DNA of 64,000 nt from the IMG/VR virus record IMGVR_UViG_3300025840_003125. One strand, given 5' to 3'. The position numbers were made by a program, and so were the translations under genes. A model generated the notes under the pieces. The model was given only the letters and a program-made list of their open reading frames with translations. It made no database searches and was not told the DNA's origin. How positions within the stretch are numbered: position 1 is the stretch's first letter; the number at the start of each line of letters is the position of its first letter. The stretch comes from a virus. This document shows positions 37,117 through 46,444 of the stretch, piece by piece.

Positions 37117-37413
37117 ATGATTAGACTATACAGACTCTCATCTGGAGAGGACGTAATAGGTACGCCACAAGAAAGTGATAGAGCAGATCACTTGGCAATA
37201 AAGAAACCTTTTGTATTAATACCAATGCAAGGACAACCAGGCAAACCTATGCAAATAGGATTTCATCCATACATACCATACACAAAGGATGAAGTTATAC
37301 ATATCAAAGAGGCAAATATAATTACTGACACTACACCAGATGATAATATGATTGGTGCATATCAACAAAATACAGGTCAGATAGTTACACCTAAAGCAAA
37401 AATTATCACATAG
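37117..37413 (+). CDS. Conserved hypothetical protein, possible Sm-like fold
   Basis: RLYRLSSGEDVIG; AGGAG RBS. Confidence 0.65.
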   Translation: MIRLYRLSSGEDVIGTPQESDRADHLAIKKPFVLIPMQGQPGKPMQIGFHPYIPYTKDEVIHIKEANIITDTTPDDNMIGAYQQNTGQIVTPKAKIIT

Positions 37414-37415
37414 TA

Positions 37416-37444
37416 TTGACTTTTAAAATCAATCGTGTTATAAT
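37416..37444 (+). promoter_or_regulatory. Sigma70 promoter for gp43 (probably leaderless mRNA)
   Basis: TTGACT-N17-TATAAT with extended TGn; ATG 5 nt downstream. Confidence 0.75.
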
Positions 37445-37449
37445 AAGAT

Positions 37450-39951
37450 ATGAATTTGGCGAGTAGTTTTTATACAAATGTTGTAGAGCATAAAGGTAAA
37501 CTTCTTATTAGAGGTGTCAATAATGGGCAATCTTATTTAAGTCGTATCAATTATAGTCCTACACTATACCTACCTACAAAAGAAGAATCAAAATATAAAA
37601 CTTTAGATGGTACTAATCTAAAAGCAAAACGATTTGATTCTATATCAAAAGCAAAACATTTCTATAGTGAGTATGCACCTATACCAGAGTATAAAATCTT
37701 TGGTATGAATAGATACAACTATCAATACATCGCTGACGAATACAAAGGCGAGATGAAGTGGAACAAAGACTACATTAAGATATTCACACTTGATATAGAA
37801 ACCGAGTGTGAAGGTGGCTTTCCCGATCCAGATACTGCAAAAGAAACGATTATTTGTATCACTATAAAAAATCACAGCAATAAACAGATTATCACATGGG
37901 GTACAGGTGACTTCATTTCTAAAAAGACAAATGTAACTTATGTAAAATGTCAAAATGAAAAGCACATGTTGCTAGAGTTTCTAAAATTCTGGTGTAAGAA
38001 TCATCCTGATATTCTAACAGGTTGGAATGTAAAGTTTTTTGATATGCCTTATCTTATGAATCGTATGAGATATATCTTTGATAATGATACAATCAATAAA
38101 ATGTCACCATGGAATTATGTCAACGCAGATAGAATACAACTTGGTAATAAAAGCAATCAAATATGGAATATACTAGGTGTATCTGTACTAGATTATTTTG
38201 ATCTGTATAAAAAGTTTACATATGTCCGACAAGAAAGTTATAAACTTAATTACATTGCTAAGGTAGAACTAGGCGAACAGAAATTAGATAACCCATATGA
38301 AACGTTTAAAGATTTCTATACAAAAGATTATCAAAGGTTTGTAGAGTACAATATACAAGACGTAGAACTTGTTGATAGACTCGAAGACAAAATGAAACTG
38401 ATTGAGTTATGCCTGACTATGGCATATGATTACAAGGTAAACTATACAGATGTTTATTCACAAGTAAGGTGTTGGGATACAATCATCTATAATCATTTAC
38501 TTACAAAAAATATTCAAATACCACCTAGAGAAGATCAGATTAAGGACACACAATACGAAGGTGCATATGTAAAAGATCCACAACTAGGTTTGCATAACTG
38601 GATTGTTTCGTTTGATTTAAACAGTTTGTATCCACACTTAATTATGCAATACAATATTAGTCCTGAAATGTTTGTAGGTACAGAACCTAAAGCAGTAGGT
38701 GTAGAAAATTTTTTAGATGAAAGATTAAATCTCAAATGGGCAAAAGATCGTAATGTGACTATTGCACCAAACGGTGCCATGTTTAAAAGAGATAAACAAG
38801 GTTTCTTACCTGAACTTATGGAGAAGATGTACACCGAACGTGTAGTATATAAGAAGAAGGCAATTGAAGCCAAGAAAGAATATCAAAAGACAAAAGACCC
38901 AATCTATTCAAACGAGATTTCTCGTTGTCACAATATACAGATGGCAAAAAAGATTTCACTTAACTCTGCTTATGGTGCTATTGGCAATCAATATTTCAGA
39001 TACTTTGATGTAAAACAGGCAGAGGCAATTACACTAGGTGGCCAGTTATCTATTCGTTGGATAGAACGTGACGTAAATAAATTTATGAACAAGTTGCTAG
39101 GCACAGATAATAAAAACTATGTTGTGGCGTCTGATACAGATTCAATCTATCTAAAATTAGATACACTTGTTGAAAAAGTTTGCAAAGGTAAATCAACAAA
39201 ACAAATAGTTGACTTTTTAGATAAAGCAGCTGAAGAAAAAATACAAAAAGTTATTGATAGTAGTTTTGAAAATCTTGCAAAATATGTAAATGCTTATCAA
39301 CAAAAAATGATTATGAAACGAGAAGCAATTGCTAACAAAGGTATATGGGTTGCTAAAAAACGATATATGATGAATGTATTTGATGAAGAAGGTGTCAAAT
39401 ATGATATACCTAAACTAAAGATTATGGGCGTAGAAGCAGTTAAGTCATCCACACCTGAAGTATGTAGAGGTAAGATTAAGGATGCTATTCGTGTAATTAT
39501 GAATGACAGCGAAGACGCTCTAATAAAATTCGTAAATGACTTCAAAGAAGTCTTTATGACACTCTCGCCAGAGGAGGTTGCCTTTCCTAGAAGTTGTAAT
39601 AATCTCAACAAATACATTGACAGCAATTCAATTTATAAGAAAGGCACACCTATACATGTCAAAGGTGCATTGATATATAATCATAATATTAGTAAACACA
39701 AACTAGGTATGAAATATCCTTATATACAAGATGGCGATAAAATTAAATTCTTAATGTTAAAACAACCTAATACAGTTAAAGATACAGTTATATCTTTCTC
39801 TACAAAAATACCATATGAGTTTGAATTACACAAGTACGTAGATTACGATACACAATTTCAAAAAACATTTACTGATCCGTTGAGATTTATACTTGACTCG
39901 ATAGGGTGGAAGTTAGAACGTGAGGCCACACTTGAAAGTTTCTTTGAATGA
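37450..39951 (+). CDS. gp43: DNA polymerase (family B) gp43
   Basis: DIET exonuclease motif, SFDLNSLYP, KISLNSAYG, SDTDS. Confidence 0.98.
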   Translation: MNLASSFYTNVVEHKGKLLIRGVNNGQSYLSRINYSPTLYLPTKEESKYKTLDGTNLKAKRFDSISKAKHFYSEYAPIPEYKIFGMNRYNYQYIADEYKGEMKWNKDYIKIFTLDIETECEGGFPDPDTAKETIICITIKNHSNKQIITWGTGDFISKKTNVTYVKCQNEKHMLLEFLKFWCKNHPDILTGWNVKFFDMPYLMNRMRYIFDNDTINKMSPWNYVNADRIQLGNKSNQIWNILGVSVLDYFDLYKKFTYVRQESYKLNYIAKVELGEQKLDNPYETFKDFYTKDYQRFVEYNIQDVELVDRLEDKMKLIELCLTMAYDYKVNYTDVYSQVRCWDTIIYNHLLTKNIQIPPREDQIKDTQYEGAYVKDPQLGLHNWIVSFDLNSLYPHLIMQYNISPEMFVGTEPKAVGVENFLDERLNLKWAKDRNVTIAPNGAMFKRDKQGFLPELMEKMYTERVVYKKKAIEAKKEYQKTKDPIYSNEISRCHNIQMAKKISLNSAYGAIGNQYFRYFDVKQAEAITLGGQLSIRWIERDVNKFMNKLLGTDNKNYVVASDTDSIYLKLDTLVEKVCKGKSTKQIVDFLDKAAEEKIQKVIDSSFENLAKYVNAYQQKMIMKREAIANKGIWVAKKRYMMNVFDEEGVKYDIPKLKIMGVEAVKSSTPEVCRGKIKDAIRVIMNDSEDALIKFVNDFKEVFMTLSPEEVAFPRSCNNLNKYIDSNSIYKKGTPIHVKGALIYNHNISKHKLGMKYPYIQDGDKIKFLMLKQPNTVKDTVISFSTKIPYEFELHKYVDYDTQFQKTFTDPLRFILDSIGWKLEREATLESFFE

Positions 39952-40091
39952 TAGATTTTTTTCTAGTTATGGTTATGGCACATTGGGGTTACGCAACAGG
40001 AGGCATACTTGCAATTAAAACTGATTGGAGTATTCCTAGATTTTTAATTATTATATTATTGATATGGACATTGATAAAAAGTATAGTGTAA
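39948..40091 (+). CDS. Small hydrophobic membrane protein (47 aa)
   Basis: ATGA overlap with gp43 stop; two hydrophobic stretches; not in ORF track. Confidence 0.5.
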   Translation: MIDFFLVMVMAHWGYATGGILAIKTDWSIPRFLIIILLIWTLIKSIV

Positions 40092-40603
40092 TATACGCTG
40101 ACCCACCATGGTCTTTTAAAACATATTCAAACAAGGGTAAAGATAGAAGTCCTGAAAAACATTACAATGTTATGAACTTTAAAGACATATGTAATTTACC
40201 TGTAAATAATATAGCAAATGATAATTCAGTATTATTAATGTGGGTAATTGACCCTATGTTAGATAAGGCCTTTGAAGTGATTAATGCTTGGGGGTTTAAA
40301 TACAAAACTGTAGCCTTTACGTGGGCAAAGACAAATAAAAAATCTGAAGGTTTTTTCACAGGTCTAGGTTATTGGACTAGAGGTAATCCTGAAATGTGTT
40401 TACTTGCAACAAAGGGCAAACCTAAAAGACTATCAAAAAGTGTGCCACAACTAGTTGTAGAAAAACGTAGAGAACATAGTAGAAAACCAGATATAATGTA
40501 CAATCATATAGAGAACTTATTGGAGGGACCTTATATAGAACTATTTGCTAGAACGCAAAGAAGTGGTTGGGATAGTTGGGGAAATCAAACAGATAAGTTT
40601 TAA
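40064..40603 (+). CDS. MT-A70 family adenine methyltransferase
   Basis: VIYADPPW, AWGFKY, HSRKP, IELFAR, WGNQ motifs. Confidence 0.92.
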   Translation: MDIDKKYSVIYADPPWSFKTYSNKGKDRSPEKHYNVMNFKDICNLPVNNIANDNSVLLMWVIDPMLDKAFEVINAWGFKYKTVAFTWAKTNKKSEGFFTGLGYWTRGNPEMCLLATKGKPKRLSKSVPQLVVEKRREHSRKPDIMYNHIENLLEGPYIELFARTQRSGWDSWGNQTDKF

Positions 40604-40610
40604 TATGCAA

Positions 40611-40639
40611 TTGACAATAGCAATAGTATGTGTTATAAT
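40611..40639 (+). promoter_or_regulatory. Sigma70 promoter for the methylase/radical SAM block
   Basis: TTGACA-N17-TATAAT with extended TGn. Confidence 0.8.
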
Positions 40640-40677
40640 GATATATGGATTTATATATTGGATGCTAAGAAAGTGGA

Positions 40678-41940
40678 ATGATGAACTACCTAAGTAAATA
40701 CGCAGACGAAAATAGATTACCTATAATGGATCAACAGACCTTTGAAACGGTCACTAACGATATAGGTAAAGAAAAATTTAGGCTAGACCTTGCAGAATAT
40801 ATTGCAGAATACAGACCAACGTTTCCTCTAAAGAAGATTTCATACGAAGCAATGCGTCAGGCATTTAAGTCTTTACAAAAACAAGATGTATGGGAGTTTG
40901 TAAAACCTATAGAACTATTAGAAAAAAATGTAAAAGAAAAATATGATGATTACAAATATAATTTTAAAGATAATGGTCTAGGTATCATAGACGCACCATC
41001 TAATTTCAATGACATATCAAATTACTTTCATCAACATTTAAGATTGAATTGTGGTAGTTTTGGTTTCAAAGCACCTATAGATGTATGGGAGCAGGGTACA
41101 GCAAAAGATATATGGCGTTGTCTAGGTCCTATATGGCGTGGTATCAATGGTATGAAACCTGTTGAAGTAGATAACAAAATAGAATTAAGAGGTGGTAGAT
41201 TAGATGATAAGAGTTACATGTCAGCGTTTAGATTAGGTACATATATTGCAACACAATTTAAACCTAATGTAGCAAAGACAATCTATCAGATGACAAATGC
41301 TAAAAGAGTATTAGATACATCATGTGGATGGGGCGATAGACTTGCAGGTTTCTTTACTAGTGACGCTGAAGAATATATCGGCTGTGATCCTAATCCCAAT
41401 ACTTACAAACAATATTTAAAACAAGTAGAAACATATAATAGTTTCTTATCTAAACCTAAAAAGGTAACTATCTATAACTGTGGTGCTGAAGACTTACCAT
41501 GGGATAAAATTGATAATATAGATTGTGCATTTACAAGTCCACCATACTTTTCTACAGAAAGGTATAACGAGGGTGGTGAAAAAGAAGAAAATCAATCATG
41601 GCATAAGTTTGATGAATATTCTAAATGGCGTGATGACTTCTATCTACCTGTTGCTCAAAAGAGTTTTGAGAGATCAAAGCATATGTTTGTAAACATTATG
41701 GATCCTAATATAAAAAACAAAAGATATTATAGTAGTGATGAACTTGTTGATAGTTTAAAAGATAACTTTGTAGGTCAGATAGGTATGAGGATTATGCAAC
41801 GACCTAAATCAGATAAACTATTTGAAAGTGACGAAGAAAAAGCAGAGTTTATGAATAGAATATATATTGAAAACGTATGGTGTTTTTCAAAAGAAAAATT
41901 AGATTACTTTAGGCACAGTAGAAGGGCAACATTATTTTGA
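40678..41940 (+). CDS. Amino-type (m4C/m6A) DNA methyltransferase-like protein
   Basis: LDTSCGWGDRL, YIGCDPN, catalytic FTSPPY; related to 27330..28409. Confidence 0.8.
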   Translation: MMNYLSKYADENRLPIMDQQTFETVTNDIGKEKFRLDLAEYIAEYRPTFPLKKISYEAMRQAFKSLQKQDVWEFVKPIELLEKNVKEKYDDYKYNFKDNGLGIIDAPSNFNDISNYFHQHLRLNCGSFGFKAPIDVWEQGTAKDIWRCLGPIWRGINGMKPVEVDNKIELRGGRLDDKSYMSAFRLGTYIATQFKPNVAKTIYQMTNAKRVLDTSCGWGDRLAGFFTSDAEEYIGCDPNPNTYKQYLKQVETYNSFLSKPKKVTIYNCGAEDLPWDKIDNIDCAFTSPPYFSTERYNEGGEKEENQSWHKFDEYSKWRDDFYLPVAQKSFERSKHMFVNIMDPNIKNKRYYSSDELVDSLKDNFVGQIGMRIMQRPKSDKLFESDEEKAEFMNRIYIENVWCFSKEKLDYFRHSRRATLF

Positions 41941-42608
41941 TAGAAATAGCAGATATAAATTTAACAAACTTATGTAACGCTAGATGTCCACAATGTCAAA
42001 GAACATCGCCACATGGTTTACATACAGCTATGAAATTACCATTAACAACTTGGTCGTTGTTAGATTTTAAAAACTATTTTCCTAAAAATACTTTAGATGA
42101 TATGAAAGAATATAGTTTTTGTGGCACATATGGTGATCCTTTGATGGCAAAAGATTTAGAGTCAATTGTATATTACATAATGGATAATTCAAATGCAAAA
42201 GTTATAATTACTACAAATGGTAGTATTCGTAAAGATGATTTCTATATAAGATTAGGAAAATATTGTGGTAGAAGATTATCAATGGTTATAGATGTAGATG
42301 GTGTAGATGAACAAATGCACCAGAAGTATAGACGAGGTACATCATTAAAAAAATCATTATCTGCTTTAAAAGCATTATCTACTACAAATGCTATTCCTTT
42401 ATCACAAACCGTTTTGTTTAAACATAATGAAAATTATGATAGACAAATAAAAAATCTAGCACTTAAAAATGGTTCTCACAATCATGTATCGTATCCATCA
42501 GATAGATTTGATTTCTTACATGGTGATTTAAATACATTTAATTTTACAAATGAAGATGGTGAACATGAAATATTAGAGAGGGCTGTACATGTCAAAAATT
42601 ATATGTAA
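41937..42608 (+). CDS. Radical SAM protein (core domain only)
   Basis: CNARCPQC, GTYGDP, TNGS, DG.....YR motifs. Confidence 0.85.
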   Translation: MIEIADINLTNLCNARCPQCQRTSPHGLHTAMKLPLTTWSLLDFKNYFPKNTLDDMKEYSFCGTYGDPLMAKDLESIVYYIMDNSNAKVIITTNGSIRKDDFYIRLGKYCGRRLSMVIDVDGVDEQMHQKYRRGTSLKKSLSALKALSTTNAIPLSQTVLFKHNENYDRQIKNLALKNGSHNHVSYPSDRFDFLHGDLNTFNFTNEDGEHEILERAVHVKNYM

Positions 42609-42885
42609 ATGGAAAGAATTAAAAAGATGTATGATTAATCCTGATGGTCAAGTCTTTCAATGTTGTTATCTAAAAGAAGATTTTCCAACAAATCATTTTA
42701 GAACTGATTGGGCAAATGATCCAGTAATAAGTAAATACAATTTTGATGAAAATAACTTAAAGAATCATACGTTGAAAAACATATTAAATAATGAATGGTT
42801 TACTAAAATTTTGCCAGATAGTTGGAAGAATCCTGATACAGCACCTGTTGCTTGTCAGATCAATTGTAAGGTTAATGACGCTTGA
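42589..42885 (+). CDS. Stand-alone SPASM/twitch-like Fe-S domain protein
   Basis: C...INPDGQVFQCC...CQINC; overlaps the radical SAM gene. Confidence 0.75.
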   Translation: MSKIICKWKELKRCMINPDGQVFQCCYLKEDFPTNHFRTDWANDPVISKYNFDENNLKNHTLKNILNNEWFTKILPDSWKNPDTAPVACQINCKVNDA

Positions 42886-42909
42886 CAATAAACACAAATA
42901 TGATATAAT
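42882..42909 (+). promoter_or_regulatory. Sigma70 promoter for uvsX
   Basis: TTGACA-N16-TATAAT with extended TGn. Confidence 0.78.
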
Positions 42910-42918
42910 AGATACAAT

Positions 42919-42944
42919 TAAGGAGAATTAATAAGGAGAATTAA
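42919..42944 (+). repeat. Tandem 13-bp duplication of the uvsX ribosome-binding site
   Basis: TAAGGAGAATTAA x2. Confidence 0.85.
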
Positions 42945-42945
42945 T

Positions 42946-43965
42946 ATGAGTGATTTTTTAAAAGACATAATAAAAGAAACTGGTAATGAATATGCCACAC
43001 TAGTAAGTGAGGGTGTAGAAGCAGGTGACGTTGATTCGTTTATTGACACAGGTTCTCACGCCCTAAATGCTTTACTATCAGGATCAATCTATGGTGGTAT
43101 GCCATCAAATAAAATTACAGCAATTGCAGGTGAAGCTGCAACAGGTAAAACTTTCTTTGCATTAGGAATAGTAAAAGCATTTTTAGAAAAAAACAAAGAC
43201 GCAGGTGTGATTTACTTTGAATCAGAAAGTGCCTTAACAAAAGAATTAGTTGAAAGTCGTGGTATAGACAGTAGCAGAATGGTTATTGTACCAGTTGCCA
43301 CAGTACAAGAGTTTAGACATCAATCAATTAAAGTGATTGACAAATATATAGAACAAGACGAGAAAAGTAAAAAACCTATTATGTTTGTTTTAGATAGTTT
43401 AGGAATGTTATCTACTACAAAAGAAATGGAAGATACTGCCGAAGGTAAAGAAACAAGAGATATGACTAGATCGCAGATTGTAAAAGCTGCATTTAGAGTA
43501 TTAACTTTAAAACTTGGCAAAGCAAAAGTACCTATGATTATGACCAATCATACATATGATGTAATTGGTTCTATGTTTCCTCAAAAGGAGATGGGTGGTG
43601 GCTCTGGCCTTAAATACGCTGCAAGTAATATAGTATATCTATCTAAACGTAAAGAGAAAGATGGCAAAGAAATCATTGGTAATATTATTCATTGTAAAAA
43701 TTACAAGTCAAGGTTGACAAAAGAAAATGCTATAATTGATGTAAGATTAACATACAAAGATGGCCTTGATAAGTACTATGGGTTATTAGAACTTGCTATC
43801 AAACATAACATATTTAAATCAGTATCAACAAGAATAGAACTACCTGATGGATCAAAACAATATGCTAAAACTATCAATAATGAACCTGATAAATTCTTTA
43901 CTAAAGATGTTCTCGCTCAAATTGACGAGGCAGCCAAAAAAGAATTCCTCTATGGCACAGAATAG
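42946..43965 (+). CDS. uvsX: RecA-like recombinase UvsX
   Basis: [25 protein letters not shown] motifs. Confidence 0.95.
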   Translation: MSDFLKDIIKETGNEYATLVSEGVEAGDVDSFIDTGSHALNALLSGSIYGGMPSNKITAIAGEAATGKTFFALGIVKAFLEKNKDAGVIYFESESALTKELVESRGIDSSRMVIVPVATVQEFRHQSIKVIDKYIEQDEKSKKPIMFVLDSLGMLSTTKEMEDTAEGKETRDMTRSQIVKAAFRVLTLKLGKAKVPMIMTNHTYDVIGSMFPQKEMGGGSGLKYAASNIVYLSKRKEKDGKEIIGNIIHCKNYKSRLTKENAIIDVRLTYKDGLDKYYGLLELAIKHNIFKSVSTRIELPDGSKQYAKTINNEPDKFFTKDVLAQIDEAAKKEFLYGTE

Positions 43966-44239
43966 ATACGTCTTTGCTCAACGTGATGTTGATGATTATA
44001 GTTGTATAAAGATTGTAGAGGGCCCTTATAAAGACATCATATACACATATGGTCATGTAAAGTTTGCCTCGGAAGAAAATGCTCAAGGTGAGTTGCCTTT
44101 AAAGTTTGATTATGATATTAAGAAGAATCCTAATGATGTTGATACTACAAGTGAAGATTTTAGAAATTACATAGGTGATATATTAATAGAGGTCGTAGAA
44201 AAACAATTAGAGAATGGTCAAATTAAGTTTCAAAAGTGA
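43952..44239 (+). CDS. Conserved hypothetical protein (T4 gp40 position); likely start MAQNRY at 43952
   Basis: ATG overlaps the uvsX 3' end; lies between uvsX and gp41. Confidence 0.6.
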   Translation: MAQNRYVFAQRDVDDYSCIKIVEGPYKDIIYTYGHVKFASEENAQGELPLKFDYDIKKNPNDVDTTSEDFRNYIGDILIEVVEKQLENGQIKFQK

Positions 44240-44780
44240 TTACATATGTACATATAAAAATGTACTTAAAAAGGATCAATGTCAACACCTTATAGATAAG
44301 TTTGAAGATTCGCAACATCAACAATCCAAAACAAATTTAAAAGGTCATATGTCATTTACAGAAATTAATCTTAACATGTTTTCAGACTGGAAAGAGTATT
44401 CAGATTTAATCTTTCCTAAATTAAGACAGGTTGTTGACAAATATGTAAAAGATGTTAATATAGACTCATTAAAACAATGGCCAGAAAAGTTTGGCTTTGA
44501 ACAGATAAGATTTAAGAAGTATGAACCTAACAATGAAGATGAATTCCAAACACATGTAGATGTGACTAACTATAATAGTGCTAGAAGATTTTTAGTTTTT
44601 TTTATGTATTTAAATAACAATGATGGCGGCGAAACAACATTTCCTGATTATGATATATCAGTTAAACCAGAGGCAGGTAAGGTGCTCGTATTCCCACCAT
44701 TGTGGACATTTAGACACGCAGGACAGAAACCAATCAATCAACCAAAGTATATTATAGGGAGTTATCTACATTATGTTTGA
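44214..44780 (+). CDS. 2OG-Fe(II) oxygenase (prolyl-4-hydroxylase-like)
   Basis: HVD, FMYLN, GGETTF, FPP.W...HAG, KY motifs. Confidence 0.88.
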   Translation: MVKLSFKSDYICTYKNVLKKDQCQHLIDKFEDSQHQQSKTNLKGHMSFTEINLNMFSDWKEYSDLIFPKLRQVVDKYVKDVNIDSLKQWPEKFGFEQIRFKKYEPNNEDEFQTHVDVTNYNSARRFLVFFMYLNNNDGGETTFPDYDISVKPEAGKVLVFPPLWTFRHAGQKPINQPKYIIGSYLHYV

Positions 44781-46155
44781 GAAGACACTTTTATCCAACC
44801 TAGTCTTTAACGAAGACTTTACAAGAAAAACATTACCATTTATTAAACCTGACTTCTTTAGAAATAGAGATGAGGTTACTATATTTAATATCATAAGTGA
44901 TTTTGTTGTCAAGTATAATAATCTCCCTACAAAAGAAGCAATTGAAATTGAATTGTCAAACGATAAGACTCTTACCGAAGACGAATTTAAAAATACAAAA
45001 TTATTATTAAACAGTTTACAACATGAAGAAGTTGAACAACAATGGTTGTTAGATACAACAGAAAAGTTTTGTAAAGATCGTGCTGTGTATAATGCAGTAT
45101 TACAAGGTATCAAAATCATAGATGGTAAAGATAAGAAACATACACCAGAAGCGATACCTAGTATCCTATCAGAAGCGCTTGGCGTTTCGTTTGATAGACA
45201 TATAGGGCATGATTATCTAAATCAGGCAGAGGACCGATTTGAATATTACCATAGAACTGAAGCAAGATTAAAGTTTGATCTTTCATACTTCAATAGAATT
45301 ACAAAAGGTGGCCTACCACCTAAAACTTTAAACATTGCTCTTGCAGGCACAGGTGTTGGTAAATCTTTGTTTATGTGTCATGTTGCAAGTAGTGTTATAT
45401 CGGAAGGTAAAAATGTATTGTATATAACTTTAGAAATGGCTGAAGAACGTATCGCAGAAAGGATTGACGCTAACTTATTAGATGTAACTATTGATGATCT
45501 TTATGAAATGCCAAAAGAAATATACGATAATAAAACATCTAAAATGCAAAACAAAACCAATGGTCAATTAATTATCAAAGAATATCCTACGGCGTCTGCT
45601 CACGCAGGTCATTTTAAATCTTTGCTAGATGAACTTGCCCTAAAGAAAGCATTTAAACCTGATTTAATATTCATTGATTATTTGAATATATGTACTAGTA
45701 GTAGATTTAAAGGTGGCAATATTAACTCCTATACTATGGTTAAATCTATCGCTGAAGAATTAAGAGGTCTTGCAGTACAATATAATGTACCTATTGTATC
45801 TGCTACACAAACAACTAGAACTGGTTATCTATCAAGTGACGTAGGACTTGAAGATACTTCAGAATCATTTGGTCTTCCTGCAACTGCTGACTTTATGTTT
45901 GCTCTAATATCAAATGAAGAATTAGAAGAACTAGGTCAAATCAAAGTTAAACAATTAAAGAATCGTTATAATGATCCTGCTGTCAATCGTGCATTTATAA
46001 TAGGTGTAGATAGAAGTAAGATGAGATTGTATGATGTAGAACAATCTGCTCAACAGATTGTAGATAGTAACCAAGAAAGTAAGGAGAAGATTGAAAAACC
46101 ATCAGGCCCACAATCTGCTGAGGTTTATGATAAATTTTCGGATTTTAAAATATGA
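44773..46155 (+). CDS. gp41: Replicative helicase gp41
   Basis: AGTGVGKS, TLEMAE, IDYLNI, SATQ, QLKNRY motifs. Confidence 0.96.
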   Translation: MFEKTLLSNLVFNEDFTRKTLPFIKPDFFRNRDEVTIFNIISDFVVKYNNLPTKEAIEIELSNDKTLTEDEFKNTKLLLNSLQHEEVEQQWLLDTTEKFCKDRAVYNAVLQGIKIIDGKDKKHTPEAIPSILSEALGVSFDRHIGHDYLNQAEDRFEYYHRTEARLKFDLSYFNRITKGGLPPKTLNIALAGTGVGKSLFMCHVASSVISEGKNVLYITLEMAEERIAERIDANLLDVTIDDLYEMPKEIYDNKTSKMQNKTNGQLIIKEYPTASAHAGHFKSLLDELALKKAFKPDLIFIDYLNICTSSRFKGGNINSYTMVKSIAEELRGLAVQYNVPIVSATQTTRTGYLSSDVGLEDTSESFGLPATADFMFALISNEELEELGQIKVKQLKNRYNDPAVNRAFIIGVDRSKMRLYDVEQSAQQIVDSNQESKEKIEKPSGPQSAEVYDKFSDFKI

Positions 46156-46436
46156 GAAAAAGAAAACCATCAATATACTATAAAACTGAAATGGTCAAAG
46201 TAAAAAATGAAATACTTTGGCGTTGCGTTGAAATGCCTAGTAAACTTGTGTTAAAAGAGTCTTTCTTTGAGGAAGATGTTAAGCAGTTAACAAAGTTTCA
46301 GAATAAATCCAAAACGTTTGGCATATTCGGGTTCCCACCTTTCTTTGATTGTAGAGGTGAAAAAGAGAAGATGTTAGATCAAGGTAAAACAAATTATAAT
46401 TCTCCTGCTAGAACTAGAGGTAGAAGCCGTGCATAA
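46152..46436 (+). CDS. Hypothetical protein
   Basis: Overlaps gp41 stop; 94 aa, basic. Confidence 0.6.
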   Translation: MRKRKPSIYYKTEMVKVKNEILWRCVEMPSKLVLKESFFEEDVKQLTKFQNKSKTFGIFGFPPFFDCRGEKEKMLDQGKTNYNSPARTRGRSRA

Positions 46437-46444
46437 ATATATGT

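Noticed and set aside
40605-40697. 30-aa hydrophobic micro-ORF
   Set aside because: No RBS, and the sequence is explained by the embedded consensus promoter; not excluded but unsupported
43847-43951. Upstream extension of the 43847..44239 ORF
   Set aside because: It overlaps uvsX by more than 100 nt; ATG 43952 gives normal packing
6082-46155. Introns or inteins in gp17, gp20, gp23, gp43, uvsX, gp41
   Set aside because: Each is a continuous ORF of ordinary length with motifs in expected spacing
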